From NCBI GenBank assembly GCA_964270895.1, contig OZ185443.1: a DNA stretch of 64,000 nucleotides, one strand, 5' to 3'. Below the pieces are notes generated by a model. It had not been told where the DNA came from. It was given only the letters and a program-made list of their open reading frames with translations, and did not search any database. Origin of the DNA: Podarcis filfolensis (Eukaryota). This document shows, piece after piece, positions 37,527 to 49,213 of this stretch. Numbering within the stretch: the stretch's first letter is position 1; each line of letters starts with the position of its first letter. The position numbers and the translations under genes are program-made.

Positions 37527-38990
37527 CTCTGTTGGAAGCAAACAGTTGGCTAATACCTTCCCTCTTATATACAGCCCCCCCCCATCCAGTTCTACATGCT
37601 GTGCCATCAGGAATCAGGTAATGGTTAGCACTAGCTTTCAAAGCATGCTTTGTAGACCTGCTTTAAATTATGATTTAGAGGTTAGTGCTAACTATAGTTA
37701 GCCCAGTTCTGACATCACAGCAAACTTGGTTTCATGGAACTAGAAACACAGGATGAGATCTGTTGAGCCTGCAAGATGTTCCAAATGGATTAGAACATGA
37801 CATTGGGAATGGGTCACTGTCATTCTACAGATGCTGTAGCCTCAATCTCAGTGCTGTTGTGCTCGAGATGGAGTGTTGGGTTTGTAGACAGATGAGATCA
37901 TAGGAGGTAGTGTTTTCCGTCCTTTCCAAAAATCCATTGGAGATTTATTTTAATGCACCACGTGAGTTAATTCCAGGAGGCTTATAGTCATACAATTGCT
38001 TAAGAGCCTACAAGGAATGTAGAAATTCCACCAGCTGCAGTTTCAGCAGTTACTGCAATTAATGTGCACTTCAGGTTTTAGCTTGATCTGCCTTCCATTT
38101 CAGCTTCTTTTGGCATGCCAAAAGTTTGGCAAGTTATCCTGTTCCGCGTAAACATGAATGTACAATCCTTCAGTACATCTGCTGAGAAACTAAAAATATT
38201 GCTTGCTGTTGTGGTTTCCTCAGTAGCCCTCAGCTTCTAGTTAACTCCTCCACACTGAGCCCTTTTGCCACACAGAGTAAAAGCAATGGGTTTGTGCTGC
38301 TCCTGCTGCTGCTTGAATTTGTAACTGAAACTGCTGCTCCCCACCCTCCACAAGCTGCAACACTGCCCAAAACTTGTTCTATCCAGTTTTCCTCCTTGTC
38401 TTCCTAGAGATACATTCCTTTGGCTCCATGCAACCTTAAAGCATGCGGCCAGAGTGGCGCAGGGTGGGGGGGGGGACATTCACAAGCTTCAGTTTTCTAA
38501 TTTTCTATTTCTTAACATGAAATGTTTTCCCCATTTTTGTCCGCTGTCTGTTGCATTACCTTCTCCCAGCATTTTATTTTCCCCTGCACATCCTTCCCAT
38601 AAAGATCCCGATTTCACAAAATTTTCCCAAGTTAACATAATTGCTGTGCTAAACATTGAACTGCCCTGGGCAGACCCATTTAACTCCCTCCTTCAGTCTT
38701 GTACTAGCTGGATCTATGGCGTTAAAGCTAAGTACACGTGTCCTTTAATTGAAGTTGTGCATGATGTGTACTATGATTATAATTAAGTATTTATTTATTT
38801 TGATGGTAGGGGGCTTGCTCCTTTATCTACCTGCTGCAGTATCTTCAAAACAGTCTCCGTGCATAAATGCTACTGACCACAGGCTTCTTGGACTGGAATC
38901 ACACGTGTGTGGGCCTGTGTGGGCCTCTTTTGTGGAAATCTGGTATATCAGAAAACTTGTATATCAAAAATAAAATCAATATTAAAGGTG

Positions 38991-38991
<1 letters not shown>

Positions 38992-39031
<40 letters not shown>

Positions 39032-39038
39032 ACACACA
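38992..39038. repeat. (CA)n microsatellite
   Basis: Read directly. Confidence 0.95.
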
Positions 39039-40231
39039 GGTTAAACAGCTGCTTGCACAGGAGGTGTGATCTGTGGCTTTCTCCTGCTGAAGTTGACAGC
39101 AAGCATAATGCTAAGGTTAGCCACTGACAGTCCTAAAAAGTCCCACTGCAGCAGAATATATTATTCATTTGGAAGGGGGAGAATACTAGGGCAACAGGAT
39201 TTTTATTACATAATTATGCCTCCCCCATAAAGCTTTGAATAAATGCTATAGCTGCAGATCATTAAACTGCCACCTCACATGCTGCTATGATCACAGAGTT
39301 CCGCACATGTTAAAGGGTGTACAATGTGGACACGCTGTCCGTGCCCTTGCAACATTCATGAATTTTAAACTCCCCACTCCTAAGTACAATGGAAATGGCC
39401 TGATCAGAATGTGCAATGCACTCTGTGTCCTGGAACCTAAGATGCTCGTTCGAGGGTGGAAATGCAGACATCCACAACTTTTTGTTTTTGTTTCCTGAAA
39501 GATTTAATTAAAAGATTGAAAGGAAGGGAAATGAAAATGCAATTTCTGCCTAAATAAATAAAATACAGAGTCATGTGTACTCTGTCACTATCAGGTGGAT
39601 AGAGTCAAGGAATCCTGAAAAGGTTGCGTATGAAAATGAATACTTTTTATAGTGACCCTAGTGTCTGCTACTGGAGTTTCTTTGATATGAACCCCCAGGA
39701 AGATGAAATTGTTATGAATGTGTAAGAGAGGGCCCAGATGCCCCAAAATTCTTGATTTAGCAAATGGTAGGATGTAATTAATATTTGGAGTATTAAGGGA
39801 ACATGGCATGCACAGTGTAAGAATACAGGCTGAGCCTGTTCTCCTGTTCAGGAGATCAGCTGACAGGTGCCATGAAAGAACAAAGACGGGTGATGGCAGT
39901 CATTACCCTGAGAAAAGGTGGCAGATTCAGTGTCAGACAAGGAGCAGGGTGGAGTTTCTCCCCTTGCTGTGTGTTAGTTAGCAAAAGACAATGGCAGAGT
40001 TGGGAGGGGAAAGTTGCCAGGGTTACAGAGGGGCATGATGTCACCACAGGAAAAAAGATGCCCTTTTACACCAGGCTTGAGTTGCTTTTGGAGCAAGGGA
40101 TTTTGAGAAGAAGGGAGGGGCAGGACATCATGTGGGGCTGGTTGGGAGAGGCAGCACTGAGAGACTGGACTCAAGCGGGCTGAAGCTATGAGGAGAGCAA
40201 CAAAAGACACTATTGGGATATAATGTTCTAC

Positions 40232-40487
40232 CAGTTGCATAGCATCGGGTGCCAGTGCCTGGGGCAGGCATGCGCTAGGCGGCGGCGGCAGGCGGGTGCC
40301 AGCCTAGCCACAGACGCTAGAACGACCCCACCAGAGCCATGTGGGCCTAAGCTGAGCCCCCTGCCTGCCTACACAGGGGGGACCCCACCAGCTGGCACGG
40401 CCAGTGGACAGAGGGAAGCACTGGGCCATGCTGTGCTGGGGTGTCTGGTTCACGCTCAGGGCCACAGCCCCCCCTACTATGCCCCTG
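40232..40487. mobile_element. GC-rich hAT-type MITE
   Basis: CAGTTGCATAGC...CTACTATGCCCCTG termini (related to the 17116 TIR), TSD TGTTCTAC / TGGTCTAC (7/8). Confidence 0.7.
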
Positions 40488-42045
40488 TGGTCTACACTCC
40501 CTCCACCCAAACTCAGGTGTAAATATGTGTAAACAAACCACTGCAGTCGCTGCCATGCCTCATTCCAAAGGAGCACAAACCCTGGTGGAGTGCAAAGACC
40601 CCGGAATCTTGTTCCGACTCGACAGACGGGGTGACCTGTAATACTATTATTCCTTTCCAATTACATGGCAAAGGTAGGACAACAAAAAACAATGAAGGAG
40701 AAACAATTGTGTTAACTGAAGGGAATGAAATAGGTAATTCATAGATACATTGTACATCTAGAGTCTTACTGGGCATATATTTGAGTTAAACTACAGTTAT
40801 AAACACATTTGCAGTGAAACAGAGCTCCACTTCTGTGGAGCTTCTGTGTTGCAGCTTTGCGTTCCTAGAGCTGTGCAACTTCTCCACTGAAATAAGTGAG
40901 GAAGCTGGAAAGTGTCTTACGCATTGCAAATTATCTGGGGCAGTAGAAATTCAAGTGCTGTGTTGTGTTTAGACATCAACAATGTGCCTTATTTCCAAAT
41001 GTTAAAGAGCAACAGGTTAAGGTGCCATCTTGTTTTGCTGATGTCACCACCATCTATATTTAGTCCTGAAGAGCAAACTGGATTTATAGGGTGGAAGGCT
41101 TTGGGGGAAGATACATTGCCCTACAGGTTGTTGTTGTTGCTGCTGCCTTGAAACCACAAGTGGACAGATGGACACGCACCTGGGAAAGCTGAATCCAAAT
41201 TGCACCTCTGGCATTGACTTACTGGCAGGCACACAGAGTTGGGCCCAACACCGGGGGGCTATCGTGCGTGCATGGCATCACACGTGCAGCGCCCCACTCC
41301 CTATCGGGCCATGCCTGCCAGGATGCACGGACACCTTCCGAGACACTCAGGTGATCGTGGCATGGGGTGCGGAGGGTGAAAATTGCTCTCCAAGCCTTCT
41401 GCCTGGTGTGCTGGTGTTTGCCCAGGGGCAGCAGGGGATGGGAGTTCCCTCAATACTGGGTGGGGTCTCAACACTCTGCCTCGAAATATTGAGAGGGCTG
41501 AAGCCCATTCTGCCCTCTATAGCTGGTTCCCTTGCTTAATGAGCATCATTCTTCTCCCACTGTGGTTGTGGGATGAATGAAACAAGGATGCTAAAGCCCG
41601 TAGCACATTAAAAATGCTATATGAGTGATGATTTTTTTTAAAAGCCCTCTTAATCAGAAGAATTAGGAAGTGATTGTCAAGTTGATATACATAAGGATGC
41701 TCAAGTGGTCCAGTCAGAGGGCCTGATGAAAGTACTTCATCAGGTGTTTGGTTTTGCCCATCATCCTCTTGTTTGACTTCAGGTTGTTCTACCCTAGGTG
41801 CTTGTAGCAGGAGAAACCCTGAGTGAGGACAAGAAATGCTGTGTGATTACAGGTTCTTCTGTGGTGCTTTAAACCTCATAACAAACTTGTTCAGTGAGGT
41901 CAGAGAATCAACATACTTCAGTTTCAACTAGCATTGCTTTAAAATGAGTCGTTTATAGTAGTGCTTTCTGATGGTCGCGGTGAATTGTGGTAGAGAAGTC
42001 GTTGAATTTTGTGCTTCGCTCCTGAGCCGAATGGAACGAGTCGCC

Positions 42046-42360
42046 GTGTCTCACACAATTTTGCTTGTTCAACTACCAAACGACCAGAAGGCAGGACTTA
42101 GGCTGATTATGAGTCTGTCAATGAATGCATGGAAGGTGCCTGTAAAATATATGAAGAGCACCTGAAGAGAATGAATCCTAACAAGCCTTCAATTATTACA
42201 TATATTAGCCAGTAATTTGATTTCATTGATGACTTGGCTCACCTCAGCTGCCTTGTTTATTGTGCTGATACTCAGACATACCAGGCATACAATAAAGACT
42301 GGATAAAGGAAAATATCTTATGTCCCTCTCCATAGGCAAGCTCAGCAAGCAAGCAAATAA
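42046..42360 (+). pseudogene. ERH: ERH retrocopy coding remnant, disabled
   Basis: Frame-corrected translation (V)[101 protein letters not shown] versus [107 protein letters not shown]. Lesions: ATG>GTG, 1-nt deletion near 42072, TAG 42099, TAA 42213, 1-nt insertion near 42318. Confidence 0.96.
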
Positions 42361-42568
42361 GACACCATGGTTTAAGGGGGTTTTGAGGGAAGGTGTGTAC
42401 AGCGTTCTGTAGTGAAAGTTGTTGTATTGTAGTCTTCCTGTTCATTCTTGTTAGTCTGTATTTGAGACAAAATCTGTTAGAATTCCAAGGGGCTTTCTCA
42501 GTTTAAAACTCAAAGAAGTAAGGATATGTCTTCTGCTGGTATTTTAGTTTAATTGTCTTTGCTTAGAC

Positions 42569-42682
42569 CTTTCGCAACCTGTGGGTCCCCAGATGTTGTT
42601 GGACTACAACTCCCATCACCCCTAGCTAGCAAGGCCAGAGCTCAGGGATGATGGGAGTTGTAGTCCAACAACATCTGGGGAC
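42569..42682. mobile_element. hAT-type palindromic MITE inserted in the ERH retrocopy 3'UTR
   Basis: Internal palindrome GGTCCCCAGATGTTGTTGGACTACAACTCCCATCA / TGATGGGAGTTGTAGTCCAACAACATCTGGGGACC; CTTAGAC repeated on both sides (42562-42568 and 42683-42689). Confidence 0.8.
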
Positions 42683-45242
42683 CTTAGACAGTTCTACTTT
42701 CGTTCCTCATTCACGGTATTCACTTCTGCTTTACCACAGTCGCTGTATGTACCCCTCTCTGGGTTTCCCCCCAGTGTTATTTCTTGGAGGCAATGAAGAA
42801 TAAAATAAATACTCTTTAGATAAAAAAAAGTGAAAATGATTAGTTTATTTGTAGATATGAAGTTTTATTTCACACACACACACTCAGGAGGATTGCATTA
42901 GGTTGATGCTTGAATACTTTCCCAAAAGTCCAGATTGCTACAGTGAACAGTAGCTTGGATAAGTGATCTCTTGAAAACAGTGAGTGCAGTAGGTGTGGAC
43001 ACAGGAAGGTCAGCGTTAAGTGCCCTGATGACAGTCCACTTTTAAACATCAGGGTTTTCTTTTTAAATGTAAAGCTTAAGTGCTTTGCTTTCTGTTCTAC
43101 AGTTAAATAACGTTTTGAAAATATGCATATATTGCTTCCTGCACTGCATACAAGGAAAGACTGAGACAAATAAAAAATCATATTCAGAAGTCCTCATTTG
43201 GCGACAAAAATGTAGTGATATACCTGTGTGCTGTTAAACATCATAATAAAATTATGGATGCATAATATCCACAGCTTTGAACAATAGAGAAGGTTTGTCA
43301 AAGATTGCATTCAAATAAATGCCAGGTTCTGTTTCTGGCACCTGCAATTAAAGGATTCTGGATCATGGGCATAGAAGGGCCCCTTTCCTGGAACCCTGGA
43401 GAGATGCTGATATACCAAAGTAGTCCTTCTCCAACTTGGTGCCCTTTTGGATTACCACTCCTGTCAGCAAAGTTGTAGTCTAAGGGCAGCCTATGTGGTG
43501 CCTTCCAGAAGTTGTTGAACTACTACTGGCCTATGTTCAGGTAATGGGAATTACAGTCTAGCAATAACTGGAGGACAGCAGACTGGGAATCCCTGGTGTA
43601 CATAGTACTTGGGCATAGCTGGACCAGTAGTTTGACATAAGGCTGCATATCAGTATATCCTAATCATCAGATGATGGGCAAGGTTCCATCAACACAACAC
43701 TTTCGAAGGTGGAAATATGACTCTGTTGTGCTTATTAACAAGTTACTCCATTTTGCACTGGTTCCCTGCCTGTCCCTGTTCACCCACATTCTGACTTTTG
43801 GTGTCACTTACACAGCTGGAACTGCATTATTGAAAAGGGGTTGGTTTTTATCAGACGTTTTATTAAATACAAGTTGACTCCCCCTCCCAATTGCTTTGTA
43901 AGGGAGCCAAGCAAAATAGCAACTGAATTTTACTTCAATGCTGGCAATAGGGCAGCGTCCTCCATCACACTGAATGACGGCAGGCTCATTTAAATGGCTT
44001 AGGGCAGGCCATGTGGCACACACGGTTCTGTCCTCTGAACACCTCACCCCTACTCCCTACTGCCAGCATTTCCTGTCTGAAGCAGCTGCCTCACTCTGCC
44101 TAATGGCAGGGCTGGCGCTGGCATCTAAACCATCACGACTGTGAGCAGCAAGGACCTTAATTGTAACAAAGCTTCTCATTTGCTTCTCCACAACTGTTGA
44201 TTCTCTCTCATGCTTTGTAGAGATGTCCTGCTACGTTTTGCTGGTAGTCACTGCCTTGCTTAATAGCATGCTGTTTACATGACCATAGAAGAATGAAACC
44301 CTTTCCTCCAATCTGAGGTTACTACTGCGGTGCTTTGCTTCACTAGCTCGTCATTATGGGGCCTTGGGGGCTCTCTTGCATTCACGAATGTGCCTCTTAT
44401 GGGAAATCCTCTTTCATTCCTAAGTTAAGATATCATTGGATCCTTCTCTTCTTATTTTCATTAATTGAATTAGAAACTCCTCCCTCTTCTGGTACTTGTC
44501 TATGACACTCCAAGCCATCTGTCTCAGGATAAGATTTTGGAGCAGCTCCTAAGCTTTAGTATACATCTCCCTGGAAATCTTTAGGTGGTATTTCCATCGT
44601 CTTGTCCTGTGTCTCGCTTCCCATTATTCTATATATTCCTCCCTCTTGAGAAGATGCTGAAAATGAACCAAGAACGATCCAGACATTAGGAAATATGGAA
44701 AATGGCTTACATTGCCTTAGCTCAAGTTCTTAGCTGGTTCTGACATGTTTATTGTTACATGAGCAGGGCTTAGAGTGGGATCTGCCAACTTGGTTAGGTT
44801 ACTCTAATCCCAGGGTAGAGTCTGCCATGCACTGAAAAGTTAGCATATAAAAATGCGAACTAAAGATGTTGTACCACTTTAAATGTGTAATTTTCCCTTG
44901 GACTAGCCTAGATATTTTAGGTAGCAAGTGCTGTCAGCACTGTCCCTAAGAGCTAGGTCTTCAGTTTGGCCCTGCATTGGTAACAGAGTGTGGGCCTGAG
45001 TGCAGACTTCCTGGGGAAAAGAATGCACTTAATTCTATTATTACAGTGCTGGATGGTAGTTGCCTCATTTCATCTCTTCCTTACCTATTTAAAGGAAGCT
45101 GCCGTTGGTGCTGCTTCATTGGAGAAATGGTCCTATGGTGGCATAAGAGCACTGTATTAGAGACTTTGTTGGGTGAAGATGGGATTAAGTGGGAGCAAGC
45201 TGTAGAAATGAGTTTAAGGGTCTCAAGAAGGCAAGTGGGTGA

Positions 45243-45260
45243 ACGCACGCACGCACGCAC

Positions 45261-45298
<38 letters not shown>
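45243..45298. repeat. (ACGC)n-(AC)n compound microsatellite
   Basis: Read directly. Confidence 0.95.
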
Positions 45299-45300
<2 letters not shown>

Positions 45301-46409
45301 TGTACGTATGTAGAGCTGTCTCCATTGCCTTCCATAACATGCTTCTCTAGTATGTTTCAGAGCAGAGGCTTGTAGGTTTGTATTGCAATAGCTGAAGCCC
45401 TGATTAGCATTAAGTTGCCCACGTGTTAGCTTGCTCTTGGTGAAAAATACTTTGCCGGCCAAGCAGGGCATGCCAAAGCAGGGTAATCTTTCTGCACAAT
45501 CATGAGTTCTGTGCTAACTAAAACATCTAATTTGGCTTGTGCTTGAAATAGCGCCTGGAGGGTACACTCCATGAAGTATCATAGTTGTGCAACACCCATA
45601 CCTTCCAATTTGGGCTGTGCAGAGTACTGACATGGGCCCTACTGAAAGGAAAAGAGGTTGCGCTACTTTAGCAGTGCTTGGTGGGGTGTATGCCTTTGAT
45701 CAGGTTAACTCAGTGAACTGTGGGACTTTCTCTGTTGTCTTGGAAGCTCTGACAATGTCAAAATAGCTTTGGATTTAAAAACCAGACACCTTGTCACCAA
45801 TTGGCCTAACTGGCAGGTCATGCAGATTTTTTAATATATTTTTTTGTTCTAGCAGAAATATGGATGGCTTTGCTGCACATAATCACTTAGAAAAGACATT
45901 CTGAATACAAGGGATTGGCATATGAGAGCTGCTTTGCTGTAGTTGTTTTTAAATACTATAGCCGAGGTTTTTAAGGGGCGAAAACAGTGCGATTTTTACA
46001 GTTAATTTTTTAAATGGAAAATTGCAGGTGCAATTGTGGGCTTTCTAGCTATTTGAGGAATTGAGATCTATTCTGTTTTTGTTTTTTCTTGTTTCTTTCC
46101 ATTTCCTTCTTTTAAAGGAAACAGATGCATTCTTGTAACCGAGATCTGAGAGTGACATTTCTCCAATGAGAGGACACAAAGGGGGGGGGGGGGAGAATTC
46201 AAGAACTACATGCCAAAAGCTTTTTACTCTGGATGACAGGCCAACATGCAATTGTCTTTAATGACTTGATTACTGTTGTGCCACATAAACCTGTAGCATT
46301 GTTATTTAGCACTTTGTACATGCTGCTGTATAGATTTACAGTCTTTGTCCTCCAAACAACAGCCCTCTGTTGTTCCCATTATGTCAGGTGTGAAGGGTGA
46401 CTTGCATAA

Positions 46410-46680
46410 GCGACTCCACCAACTAACTTGTTCGTGTGCTTAGTTGAGGTGACACTCCAACCCTCTCAGGTTGGCAGAGTGAGCCTCTTGGTAATTCCAC
46501 TATTCTTGGCTGTGCAGGGTATGGTGGCCCAGAAAAGGGCTTTCTCTGTGGTGGCCCCTAAGTTGTGGAACTTCCTTCCAACATAGGTGTATCTAGTATC
46601 TTGGTTGTATAGCTTCCACTGTACGCTGAAGATGCAACTCTTTACCGTGACTTAACAGCTAAGGTATTTTGTGGGACCCA
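46410..46680 (+). mobile_element. L2 LINE 3' end, decayed
   Basis: AAAAGGGCTTTCTCTGTGGTGGCCCCTAAGTTGTGGAACTTCCTTCCA encodes KRAFSVVAPKLWNFLP. Confidence 0.6.
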
Positions 46681-48075
46681 ACTTCTTTTGTTTCACTCTG
46701 TTCTGTTTAGTTTGGAACAATTTTACTTGTTTTTATAACTGCACACGCAGGTCCACTTTTTGAACACGATGCATTCCCTGGAATTTGTTCATTAGGCAAG
46801 TGGTCGCATAAGAAGCTGACAATTTCCATTATTTCCTATGAGAATGTGATTTGTCCAATCTCCTCCCACTTCCTCCATAGTTTCTTCCTGAAATGGCTGT
46901 AGCCAACCTGCAAAAAACAACAACCTGATTTGTCTGATCTCTCTCCCTGCATGGTTTCTGCCCCCAAATGGCCACCACCAACCAGCAAAGCATAAAGACG
47001 TAAGGAAGTGGGCAAACGCAAGTTGTTCAGAATCTGCAGTGTGTATATTGAGGTTTGGGTACTATGTTAAGATAAGTGAATTTTCACAGAAGCAGCATTT
47101 TGAAAATGGGACCTGCGTGTATCTTATTATATTGGTATAACCTGCCCTGGAACCTTGTAGTGAAGGACATGTAATAAATCTTACATAGATAGACACACAG
47201 TGTTGTGGAAGAGGCACACGAGTCTCTCACTCTCAATTGTGCAGGTATCCAGCCAGTGTAAGCCAAGTCCTGTGCTTATGACTGCAGAGGGGCCTTGCTT
47301 GTGTGCTTTTTGCCCTCAGACAAAACAGTACAGGGGATGTTGGAGGGGGAGAGACATATGCCTCTTGTCCATAATGCTTTTGCAGTGCCATACTGCGATG
47401 GTTTTTAACTGGAAGCTACCTTGGAAAGTCTTTGAAAAAGCCTTGATACACAGTGTTTCTCTGCAACATCTGCACCGTTTTGACAACTGAGCCATTGTGC
47501 AGACTCAAGATAGCACTCCTGTTGTGGGGGCAACCCACACTTCCCTATCACTTTCACAGCAGTATTTTGCTGCAGGAGTCACATGGCTCCCTTCCAGCTT
47601 CTCAAGGTCTACCTCGCATTCCCAGCCTAGCCCAAGATCCTCATATCTGTGTTTTCTTCTCCCTTTCCTTGGCTCAAACCATGGAGAGAAAACAGAGGTG
47701 GTGTTTCTGTTTGCATTTTGCAGACATTTCTGATCTTTTTTCCAAGGTCCCCTGGTTATTTTTTAGGTCCTCTAAGTGTCACCAGTCATTCCAGTGATTG
47801 AATTTTCCAGAGCTAAATATTGTGCTCTAAATTATGCAAGGGGAGCCAGGTTGTGTCACTTGGTGCTGTTTAACAAGAGGGGGTGTTGCTTTCCTTTGCT
47901 TTATTAAAATTTCAGCATTCAATTGGATCTCTCCTGCACAGGCTCTCTTGCAATAAGAAAACATAAGAGAACTGGACCTCTTACGCAGGCACAAATGCTC
48001 CAAGGTTTGCTTGCACCAAGCCCCTTTGTTAAACCCTTAGTTTTGTAGTTTTTCAATCTATTGTAACACAAAATA

Positions 48076-48266
48076 CAGTGGTACGGTTGCGGTTGCGGAC
48101 AGGATCCGTTCTGGAGGTCTGGCCGGATCCTGACGTTTTCGCAACCGGAGAGACCGCTTCTGTGCATGTGAGTGTGGCAAAATCCTGGAAATATACTTCC
48201 GGGTTTGCCGCTTACATATCCTGAAGTTTACATACGCAGAGGGATATGTAAGTGGAGGTACCACTG
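48076..48266. mobile_element. TA-flanked Tc1/mariner/pogo-type MITE, family B
   Basis: TA|CAGTGGTAC...GAGGTACCACTG|TA termini shared with family A but an unrelated internal sequence. Confidence 0.8.
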
Positions 48267-49076
48267 TATGCAAAAGGGTGAAGAATTTGTTGAAGTAGGA
48301 ACCTTGTTCTCTGAGATTTATATGGGTCTGATGGTAGCCTTTGATTAGTCACCGATGGTATGTGAGGCGTTCTGATAGAGCAATGCTCCAGATGTTATTA
48401 ACCCAAACAAAACTCCTGAAGTATGGTTGAGACTGCAGCATGGCTAGGTAAGGCAGAGGTGTGTTAGTAATTCAGACAAAAGGCATCTCGGATGCCAGGG
48501 GGCTTAAAGTTCACAATCATCACATTCAGAGGAGTTAACAGTTCCTGTGTGTGTTGATCATCTCCGGCTTGGCAAAGACTATTTACAGTTCTCTGATTGC
48601 ATCCCCAGTTCGGTGGCTATATAAACAGATAAATCTTCTTTATAAATGTATGCATATGAAGGCATGTTTGTATATAATTGTCAACTGGCAAGGTACTTAT
48701 AAATGCTTAACTATAAATCTATCTGTGGATGTACATATTCAAGACCTGCGTGCTGTTCCCAGTTTTATGTTGGTGTAACTTTGCTATAGAAGTCGTTACA
48801 GTTTTTGACTCCTGTCTGCAGTGCAGAATGCAAAAAAAAAATAGTTATGCATAACTTTGCATCTGCTACAAGTATATATCATGGCATCCATTTATTTGTT
48901 AGCATTTTCAAAAATGGGTGTTTTGAGTAAGTGTTAAATTGGACTGGAAAAGTTTAGCCGAAGTTTAGCCTTCAGTGAATCAAACCATTCTCTCTTGCTG
49001 CTCCTTGTGGATAGAATGGGACTGCAGAACACATTTTATGATGATAGATCCACCTTCCTCCCTTTCTTATCCTTTT

Positions 49077-49213
49077 GGGATAGCTCGTCAATAGAGCACG
49101 AGTCTCTTAATCTCTGGGTTGTGGGTTCAAGCCCCACATTGGGCAAAAGATTCCTGCATTGCAGGGGGTTGGACTAGATGACCCTCGGGGTCCCTTCTAA
49201 CTCTGCGATTCTA
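49077..49213 (+). mobile_element. tRNA-Lys(CTT)-derived SINE with CR1-like tail, copy 2
   Basis: GGGATAGCTCGTCAATAGAGCACGAGTCTCTTAATCTCTGGGTTGTGGGTTCAAGCCCCACATTGGGC (tRNA-Lys-CTT-like), then GGTTGGACTAGATGACCCTCGGGGTCCCTTCTAACTCTGCGATTCTA (CR1 3' end). Confidence 0.8.

Larger units (their letters stand above)
41957..42829 (+). pseudogene. ERH: Processed pseudogene (retrocopy) of enhancer of rudimentary homolog, whole insert
   Basis: About 89-nt CpG-rich 5'UTR, intronless CDS remnant, 3'UTR, overlapping AATAAA at 42799 and 42804, A8 tail 42822-42829, flanked by AAAATGAGTCGTTTAT (41941-41956) and AAAATGATTAGTTTAT (42833-42848), 14/16 identical. Confidence 0.93.

Noticed and set aside
41190-41480. 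GC-rich block as a CpG-island promoter for the ERH retrocopy
   Set aside because: Short, with TIR-like ends (CAGAGT...ACTCTG), so more likely another MITE; I could not find a TSD, so it is not listed as a feature either.
42046-42360. Functional ERH gene
   Set aside because: Start codon lost, two frameshifts, two premature stops, no introns, and poly(A) plus TSD present.
49077-49150. tRNA-Lys gene (also 28120-28195)
   Set aside because: D-arm and stems are mutated, there is no Pol III T-run terminator, and the sequence runs into a CR1-like tail, so it is a SINE head.
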